This document shows, piece by piece, positions 58,021-64,000 of a DNA stretch of 64,000 nt (within the stretch, counting starts at the first letter, position 1; each line of letters starts with the position of its first letter). Both the position numbers and the translations under genes were made by a program. Under the pieces are notes generated by a model, which saw nothing but the letters and a program-made list of their open reading frames with translations, did no database searches and was not told the origin of the DNA. Source of the stretch: an uncultured bacterium (GTDB taxonomy: Bacteria; Patescibacteriota; Minisyncoccia; Phycocordibacterales; Phycocordibacteraceae). The stretch is taken from NCBI GenBank assembly GCA_937879955.1, contig CALFMK010000003.1:12581-76580 (forward strand), written 5' to 3'.

Positions 58021-58455
58021 ATGATTTTCATCATCCTCATCGCGCTCTCGCTCATCCTGCTCGGCGGGTTCCTCCTGCTCGTCTCGTTCGAGCGCGGACG
58101 GGGGCTGCGCATCATGGGGAACTGGCGCAACGCGCTCGACCGGAAGGTAGCGCGTGCCGCCTTCATCGCGCGCCATGTGGACTGGGGCGCGTTCGTGAAG
58201 CATCTCGCGTCTACGGCAACCGAGCGCGTCCTGCATGACGTCGCGCACGTGGTGCTGCGCCTCGTGCGGAGCATGGAGCGCCTCCTCACGCGCGCCGTGA
58301 AGAGCCTGCGCGAGCGCCGCGGTCTCGCGGTGTCCGAGGACCCTGCGGAAGGGAAGGCGAACGCGTTTCAGGCTGGCGTGGCGAAGGTGCGCACCGCGCT
58401 CAGGAACGCGCGCCGTGCCGCCCGCAAGCAGCCGCGCAAGGTACGGAGCGACTAA
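58021..58455 (+). CDS. Hypothetical membrane-anchored basic protein
   Basis: N-terminal TM, Arg-rich helical body, typical codon usage. Confidence 0.65.
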   Translation: MIFIILIALSLILLGGFLLLVSFERGRGLRIMGNWRNALDRKVARAAFIARHVDWGAFVKHLASTATERVLHDVAHVVLRLVRSMERLLTRAVKSLRERRGLAVSEDPAEGKANAFQAGVAKVRTALRNARRAARKQPRKVRSD

Positions 58456-58505
58456 GGTTGCTTGCGGGGTTATCCAGAGCCCGTATACTCGAAGAACACA
58501 TCCCC

Positions 58506-58581
58506 GCCGGGATAGCTCAGTTGGTAGAGCAATTGTTTTGTAAACAATAGGTCGCCGGTTCAAGCCCGGCTCCCGGCTCCA
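58506..58581 (+). tRNA. tRNA-Thr(UGU)
   Basis: Acceptor stem GCCGGGA/TCCCGGC, D arm AGCTCAGTTGGTAGAGC, anticodon arm ATTGT-TTTGTAA-ACAAT, GGTTCAAG T loop, encoded CCA. Confidence 0.95.
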
Positions 58582-58637
58582 CATAACTTTATAGAAAATT
58601 CAACGCTACCTTATCGGTCATTTCCTAAGATGAGGGA

Positions 58638-59261
58638 ATGGAAGAGTTAGAAGTTAAGGTCATTAGGTACTACGTCGACGAAGAGCTTTCCGAAGCGCAG
58701 ATTTGCGAGAAGATCGGTTTGCCTAGTAAGACGGTACGGAGAATTCTGCAATCGAATCGGATAGTAAAGAGAAGTATAAGCGAAGCGATTCGCTGCTTGA
58801 ACGTAACAAAATTCGGAAAGGGAAGGTTTTCGCTCAAGAAAATACTCGATACGCAGGACGAGCTCCTGAGAGCCTCGGGAGTGATGTTGTATTGGGGTGA
58901 AGGTTCCAAGCAGGGTAGGAAAGTCTGTTTCGCGAATTCCGATCCAGAGATGATCCGAGTATTCCTCGAATTCCTGAGAAGGATATGCGGAGTTAGTGAA
59001 CAGCGTCTCCGTATAGCGGTCCATTACTACGAGGATCATAATATCGAGTCACTTACGCAATTCTGGTCCGATGTATCAGGTATACCTACGACCCAATTCC
59101 ATAAACCACAGCTACACAAGAGACGTCCTACGGGAACGTATAGAAATCCATCTCGGTATGGAACGGTCTCAATTCAATACTCCGATTCTGAGTTGTTATC
59201 CGTGATAATGCTCTGGACGAGAGAATACAAATCCTCATTCTTAAAAGAGAAAAGCGCCTGA
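58638..59261 (+). CDS. HTH plus LAGLIDADG-like (homing endonuclease fold) protein
   Basis: N-terminal HTH-like segment; GVMLYWGEGSK...FANSDPEMIRVF...FWS...YGT; visibly AT-richer than the flanks. Confidence 0.65.
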   Translation: MEELEVKVIRYYVDEELSEAQICEKIGLPSKTVRRILQSNRIVKRSISEAIRCLNVTKFGKGRFSLKKILDTQDELLRASGVMLYWGEGSKQGRKVCFANSDPEMIRVFLEFLRRICGVSEQRLRIAVHYYEDHNIESLTQFWSDVSGIPTTQFHKPQLHKRRPTGTYRNPSRYGTVSIQYSDSELLSVIMLWTREYKSSFLKEKSA

Positions 59262-59280
59262 TCTTGAGATCAGGCGCTTT
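59251..59280. terminator. Bidirectional terminator
   Basis: AAAGCGCCTGATCT-TG-AGATCAGGCGCTTT between convergent genes. Confidence 0.75.
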
Positions 59281-59290
59281 CCGTTGAAAC

Positions 59291-59971
59291 CTACTTCTTT
59301 TTCGTGCTGGTCGCGGTGCTCGTGGCGAAGAGCTCTTTCGGGAAGAGCTTCTGGAACGACTCGACGTCGGTGAAGCCGTACGAGTGCTTGCCCTCGATCA
59401 CGAAGGCAGGGAACTTCGGCTCGACCTTCTCCACGGCGATGAGGGTCTTGAGCGCGCCGAGGTCGAGGTTGTAGTCGAAGGAGTAGACGCGGAGCTGCGG
59501 GTACGTCTGGCGGAGGAAGGAGAGGGCGTAGCTCGCGCGGTCGCAGCTCTCGCAGGTGCCGGCCTCGTTCGAGTAGAAGTAGAGCGCGGTGACGGGCTCG
59601 ATGTCGCAGGTCTTCGCGATCCGCTGCGCGAGGATGTAGTCGCGGATCTGGAGGAGCGTGTACTGCTTCTTCAGGCGGAGTACCTCGGGATTGTCGGAGC
59701 CGAGGCGGGATTCCGCGACGCCGAGGCGGTCGCCGAGCGAGGATACCTCGCTCGTGAGGTCGGTGCCGACCGTGAGGTCCGCGCACGGCGCGTTCTCGAG
59801 GAGCGCGAACTGCGTCTCCACCGAGAGGGTGTCGGTGGCGAGCTGGCTCTGGATGGCGTCGAGCTCGGCGATGCGCTGGCGGTCGAGCTGGTGGATGGCC
59901 GCCACGATGGTGCCGATGATGGCGACCGTGATGGCGAGGGCGAGCAGGGCGTTACGGGTTCCGAGTGACAT
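59291..59971 (-). CDS. Membrane-anchored protein with a C-terminal CxxC thioredoxin-like domain
   Basis: N-terminal TM; LYFYS...CESC...VYSFD...FPAFVI. Confidence 0.7.
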   Translation of the reverse strand: MSLGTRNALLALAITVAIIGTIVAAIHQLDRQRIAELDAIQSQLATDTLSVETQFALLENAPCADLTVGTDLTSEVSSLGDRLGVAESRLGSDNPEVLRLKKQYTLLQIRDYILAQRIAKTCDIEPVTALYFYSNEAGTCESCDRASYALSFLRQTYPQLRVYSFDYNLDLGALKTLIAVEKVEPKFPAFVIEGKHSYGFTDVESFQKLFPKELFATSTATSTKKK

Positions 59972-59995
59972 AGATAAGAAGGTTAAGAAAGGCTG

Positions 59996-61234
59996 TTACC
60001 GCCATGCGCGGCGCTTGCCGGTAAGCACATCATACATGGAGCGCATGAGCCAGAACGGAGCGATGAAGGCGTAGATGAACGAGTAGCCGATGATGCCGAG
60101 CACGATCTCCGCCGGCGTGTTCGACACGTGGCGACCGATCAGTACCAGGGAGACCGAGAGGATGCCCACGACGAGGCTCGTGACGAGGAGGAACGTCACC
60201 GGCACGTAGAACCAGTCGGCACTGAAGCGGGGAAGGAGCGTGTAGGAGAGCGGGATGCCTTCGGTGAGCGCGTGGGTCTTGAGGATGTTGAGGATGAGCG
60301 AGACCATCGCCACGATGAAGAGGAAGGCGCCGCCCACGATCGCCACGAAGCCGAGCGGGAGCACCATGAGCCCGAGGATGCCGTACTTCGGGTTCCCGAC
60401 GAGGTCGCGGTAGTCGGTCATCACGTTCCGGAGGAATCCGGTGGTCCAGCGCGTGCGCTGCTTGATGAGCTTGCCGACCTGGCGCGGGACCTTGGTGTAG
60501 ACCCGCGAGCGCGGCGCGTTCTCGATCTCGTAGCCGGCGCGCTGGATGCGGAGCGCCATCTCCATGTCCTCGGCCTGGTGCGCATGACGGAATCCGCCGA
60601 GCTCCTCGATAACGGAGCGGCGATAGAAGGAGAACGGCCCGGGCGTCACGTAGATGCCGTTCACGGCCGAGAGCGCGTGACGCGCCGCGATGCCGATGAT
60701 GTACTCGGCGTTCTGCATCTGCTCGAGGAGGTTCTTCGGCTGGAACACGGACATGGCAGGCGTCGCCGCGGCTACCTCGGGCCTGTCGAAGCACGGGATC
60801 ATCTCGCGCAGCGCGTCAGGCGCCACGAACGAGTCGGCGTCGAGGCAGCCGACGAACTCGGCGTCCTTCGCGATCTCGATGCCCTTGTTGATCGCGGTGT
60901 GCTTCCCCCCGTTCTCCTTGTGCACGACCGTGATCTGCGGGTTGCCGATATAGGAGTCCATCACCTCCTTGGTGTTGTCCGTCGAGCCGTCGTTCACGAG
61001 GATGATCTGGAGGCGGTCCTTCGGATAGTCCATGGCGAGCAGGGAGCGGACGGTCCCGTCGATGGTGTCCTGCTCGTTCCAGCACGGGACGATGATCGCC
61101 ACCTTGGGCGTGCTGCCCCCGGCGATGCGCTTGCGGCGCTCCTTGGCGGGCCCCGAGAGGAAGGTGAGCAGCATGAACACCTCGAAATAGAGGCCGAGGA
61201 AGAGGAACGGATACGCGAGTATCTCGAGTGACAT
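59996..61234 (-). CDS. Processive GT2 glycosyltransferase (PgaC/IcaA-like)
   Basis: Start MSLEILAYP; PCWNE, VNDGSTD, DADS, EDME, QRTRW (QxxRW); flanking TMs. Confidence 0.9.
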   Translation of the reverse strand: MSLEILAYPFLFLGLYFEVFMLLTFLSGPAKERRKRIAGGSTPKVAIIVPCWNEQDTIDGTVRSLLAMDYPKDRLQIILVNDGSTDNTKEVMDSYIGNPQITVVHKENGGKHTAINKGIEIAKDAEFVGCLDADSFVAPDALREMIPCFDRPEVAAATPAMSVFQPKNLLEQMQNAEYIIGIAARHALSAVNGIYVTPGPFSFYRRSVIEELGGFRHAHQAEDMEMALRIQRAGYEIENAPRSRVYTKVPRQVGKLIKQRTRWTTGFLRNVMTDYRDLVGNPKYGILGLMVLPLGFVAIVGGAFLFIVAMVSLILNILKTHALTEGIPLSYTLLPRFSADWFYVPVTFLLVTSLVVGILSVSLVLIGRHVSNTPAEIVLGIIGYSFIYAFIAPFWLMRSMYDVLTGKRRAWR

Positions 61235-61309
61235 AGAGGGCCAGGAGTTCTCGTAAGCATAGCAAATACGCCTGTTTTTTCTAGGAAGCGCCGTGTATAC
61301 TCCTTCCAT

Positions 61310-62044
61310 ATGGCATCCGGCCGCCTTCATCCGATTTCCGTCGCGGTGCGCGACATCGCGACCATCTTCGGCCGCATGGGATTCGGTATCGCGTACGGCC
61401 CTGAGCTCGAGGACGAGTGGCATAACTTCGACGCGCTGCGCGTGCCCGCGGACCATCCGGCGCGCGACATGCAGGACACGTTCTGGACGAAGGAGGAGCC
61501 GCATCGCGTCCCGCGCACGCACACGACCTCGGTCTCGGTCCGCTACCTCGAGCAGCTCGCCGCCGAAGGGAAGACCGAAGGGCGCATGATCGCGCCGAGC
61601 AAAGTCTTCCGGAACGAGGCCACCGACAGCACGCACGAGGCGCAGTTCTATCAGCTCGACGGGTTCGCGGTCGGGCCTATCGGCACCGTCACGCTCGCGC
61701 ACCTGAAGGGAACCTTCGACCGCTTCTATCAGGAGTACCTCGGCAAGGACGCGAAGGTGCGCTTCCGTCCGAGCTTCTTCCCGTTCGTCGAGCCGGGCGT
61801 CGAGATCGACGTCTGGTACGAGGCGCCGGGGAAGGAAGGCCGCTGGCTCGAGGTCGCGGGCGCGGGCATGCTGCATCCGGAAGTGATCAAGAACGCCGGG
61901 CTCGATCCTGAGAAGGTCGGGGGCTTCGCGTTCGGCGGCGGCATCGAGCGTCTCCTCATGATCAAGCACGGCATCCCGGACGTCCGCGCCTTCCATGGCG
62001 GCGACATCCGCTTCGTATACGGGTTCGATCAGACACTCTCATAG
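61310..62044 (+). CDS. pheS: Phenylalanine-tRNA ligase alpha subunit (N-terminally short)
   Basis: GRLHP, NFDAL...HPARDMQDTF, FRPSFFPFVEP, GFAFG.GIERL. Confidence 0.95.
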   Translation: MASGRLHPISVAVRDIATIFGRMGFGIAYGPELEDEWHNFDALRVPADHPARDMQDTFWTKEEPHRVPRTHTTSVSVRYLEQLAAEGKTEGRMIAPSKVFRNEATDSTHEAQFYQLDGFAVGPIGTVTLAHLKGTFDRFYQEYLGKDAKVRFRPSFFPFVEPGVEIDVWYEAPGKEGRWLEVAGAGMLHPEVIKNAGLDPEKVGGFAFGGGIERLLMIKHGIPDVRAFHGGDIRFVYGFDQTLS

Positions 62045-62046
62045 AT

Positions 62047-63969
62047 ATGGCTATCAGCATGAAGACATCGAGGAAATGGCTGCAGGGCTATTTCGACGCG
62101 CCGCTCCCTGACGCGGAGGCGCTCGCCGACGCGCTCACGTTCCATGTGGCCGAGGTGGAGGAGGCCAAGGACGATCTCATAGACGTGAACATCCTGCCGG
62201 ACCGCGCGAGCTACATGCTCAGCCATCGCGGCGTGGCGAAAGAGCTCGCGAGCGCGCTCGACCTTCCTTTGAAGCGTGATCCGCTCAAGGAGGAGCTTCC
62301 CGAATACCCTTCGAACGGACGTCTCTCCGTCTCGCTCGACGAGGACAGGAAGTGCGTGCGCTACATCGGCGCGCTCGTGACGGGCGTGAAGGTCGGTCCG
62401 TCGCCCGACTGGCTCAAGGAGGCGCTCCTGGGTGTCGGCCAGCGCTCGATCAACAACGTCGTCGACGCGACCAACTACGTGATGCTCGATATCGGACAGC
62501 CGCTCCATGCGTTCGACGCGGGCAAGCTCGTCGCGCGCGAAGGGAAGTACGCTATCAGCGTCCGTCCCGCAACGGCAGGAGAGAAGATCACTACGCTCAC
62601 CGGAGAGGAGTACCTGCTACCGGAAGGGACGCTCCTTATCGCCGACGGGAACGATACCGGCAAGGCCGCGCTCGGCATCGCGGGCGTGAAGGGCGGTACG
62701 CGCGCGAAGGTGGACGAGGGTACGACCGACATCCTCGTCGAGGCGGCCAGCTTCGACGGCGCGCTCGTCCGCAAGACGTCGCAGGCATTGAAGCTCTTCA
62801 CGGACGCGTCGAGCCGGTTCCAGAACAAGCCGTCCGCGGCGCTTGCGAACTACGGCATGCGCGATGTCCTCGCGCTCATCCAGAACGTGGCGGGTGGCGA
62901 GATCGTCGACGTGGTCGACGTGTCCGAGGCCGCGCTCGAGCCGCGTACCGTGTCGGTATCGCTCGCGCGCATCAATGCGCTCCTCGGCTCCTCCTATGCG
63001 GCCGGCGACGTCCGTACGGCGCTCGAGACGCTCGGCTTCTCGTACACCGAGACCGAGGACGCCTTCATCGTGCTCTCTCCCTTCGAGCGCAACGACCTCA
63101 TGATCCCCGAGGACCTCGTCGAGGAGATCGGGCGCACGCTCGGATACGACGGCCTCGCATCCGTGGAGCTCCCGCTGCTGCAGGGTGTACCGGACCAGGC
63201 GAAGTACCGCGGCATCGAGCGCATCCGCGACTTCCTCGTCGAGCGCGGCTTCGCGGAGATCTCCACGCAGTCCTTCGCCGCGGAAGGGGAGATCGAGCTC
63301 GAGAACCCGCTCCAGTCGGACAAGCCGTTCCTGCGCGCGACGCTCGTCCCGAACCTGAAGGATGCGCTCACACGCGCGGCGCTGGTGGCGCCGCGCGTGC
63401 TCGGTCCCGATCCGTTCGTGAAGCTCTTCGAGATCGGGAACGTATTCTCGAAGGGCGGCGAGTCGACCGTGCTCTCGCTCGGCGTGGTCGCGACCGCAGG
63501 GAAGCCTGCGGCGGCGGCGAACGCGCTCAAGGAGTACGTCGCGACGCTGGAGCAGGAGCTCTTCCAGGTGCCTGGGGCTGCATCGCTCACCCTCGACGGT
63601 CAGATGGCGGAGGTGAACCTGAGCAAGCTCAATCTCGAGAAGCTCGGCGAGGACTATGCCCCGATATCGGTATCGCAGGGCGCGTACCGGCCGTTCTCGC
63701 CGTACCCGTTCGCGCTCCGCGACATCGCGGTGTGGACGCCCGACGGCACCGAGGAGAGCGAGGTGACCATGGCGATCATAAAGGAGGCAGGGGAGTTCCT
63801 CGCGCGCATCGATCTCTTCGACCGGTTCGAGAAGGAAGGCCGCGTCTCGTATGCCTTCCGCCTGGTCTTCGAGTCCATGGACCGCACGCTCGCGGACACT
63901 GACCTCGATCCTGCCATGGCACGCATCACGGATGCGCTCAACGCGAAGGAGGGCTGGGAGGTGCGCTGA
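62047..63969 (+). CDS. pheT: Phenylalanine-tRNA ligase beta subunit (short)
   Basis: SINNVVDATNY, QPLHAFD, DLVEEIGR, RDIAV...RTL anticodon-binding domain. Confidence 0.95.
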   Translation: MAISMKTSRKWLQGYFDAPLPDAEALADALTFHVAEVEEAKDDLIDVNILPDRASYMLSHRGVAKELASALDLPLKRDPLKEELPEYPSNGRLSVSLDEDRKCVRYIGALVTGVKVGPSPDWLKEALLGVGQRSINNVVDATNYVMLDIGQPLHAFDAGKLVAREGKYAISVRPATAGEKITTLTGEEYLLPEGTLLIADGNDTGKAALGIAGVKGGTRAKVDEGTTDILVEAASFDGALVRKTSQALKLFTDASSRFQNKPSAALANYGMRDVLALIQNVAGGEIVDVVDVSEAALEPRTVSVSLARINALLGSSYAAGDVRTALETLGFSYTETEDAFIVLSPFERNDLMIPEDLVEEIGRTLGYDGLASVELPLLQGVPDQAKYRGIERIRDFLVERGFAEISTQSFAAEGEIELENPLQSDKPFLRATLVPNLKDALTRAALVAPRVLGPDPFVKLFEIGNVFSKGGESTVLSLGVVATAGKPAAAANALKEYVATLEQELFQVPGAASLTLDGQMAEVNLSKLNLEKLGEDYAPISVSQGAYRPFSPYPFALRDIAVWTPDGTEESEVTMAIIKEAGEFLARIDLFDRFEKEGRVSYAFRLVFESMDRTLADTDLDPAMARITDALNAKEGWEVR

Positions 63970-64000
63970 AAACCCGCTCGTAGAGGCGATGCTATACTTT

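Noticed and set aside
58560-59300. Integrative element at tRNA-Thr with an att duplication
   Set aside because: No second copy of the tRNA 3' end and no integrase were found downstream.
59996-61996. 666-aa version of the GT2 ORF
   Set aside because: The N-terminal extension is antisense to pheS. The real start is ATG 61234.

Overview
A GC-rich, gene-dense bacterial chromosomal segment, almost all on the + strand, using genetic code 11 (TGA is a stop). Gene content points by inference to a Patescibacteria/CPR (Parcubacteria-like) genome: shortened PheS/PheT/EF-Ts, split transketolase, class I aldolase, a lone VirD4-like ATPase, many pilins and a giant surface fibre. In order: a duplicated rsmI 5' end flanking a PgeF-like gene; small orphans; a FAD oxidoreductase; a VirD4/TraG-like ATPase; an ~18 kb glycan locus (GT4s, an inverted AT-richer sugar-modification block, Wzx, a Wzy_C/TPR ligase); murB; an AT-rich structured spacer and a histone-H1-like gene; secA, obgE, gatB; two adjacent genes sharing an N-terminal HTH, the second a 2462-aa fibre with 14 GNVGIGT repeats and an S74 autochaperone; a glycolysis/pentose-phosphate cluster interleaved with pilins; rplY; Cys-rich and lytic-transglycosylase surface proteins; rpmE2, prfA, three more pilins, rpsB, tsf; tRNA-Thr followed by a LAGLIDADG-like ORF; a GT2 pair; pheS and pheT. 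The best leads are the HTH-membrane-fibre pair, six dispersed pilins with identical promoter blocks shared between distant loci, pervasive leaderless promoter architecture, and the tRNA-linked LAGLIDADG-like gene. No CRISPR array, integrase, transposase or reverse transcriptase was seen. All family calls come from motif recognition by eye, not from database searches.
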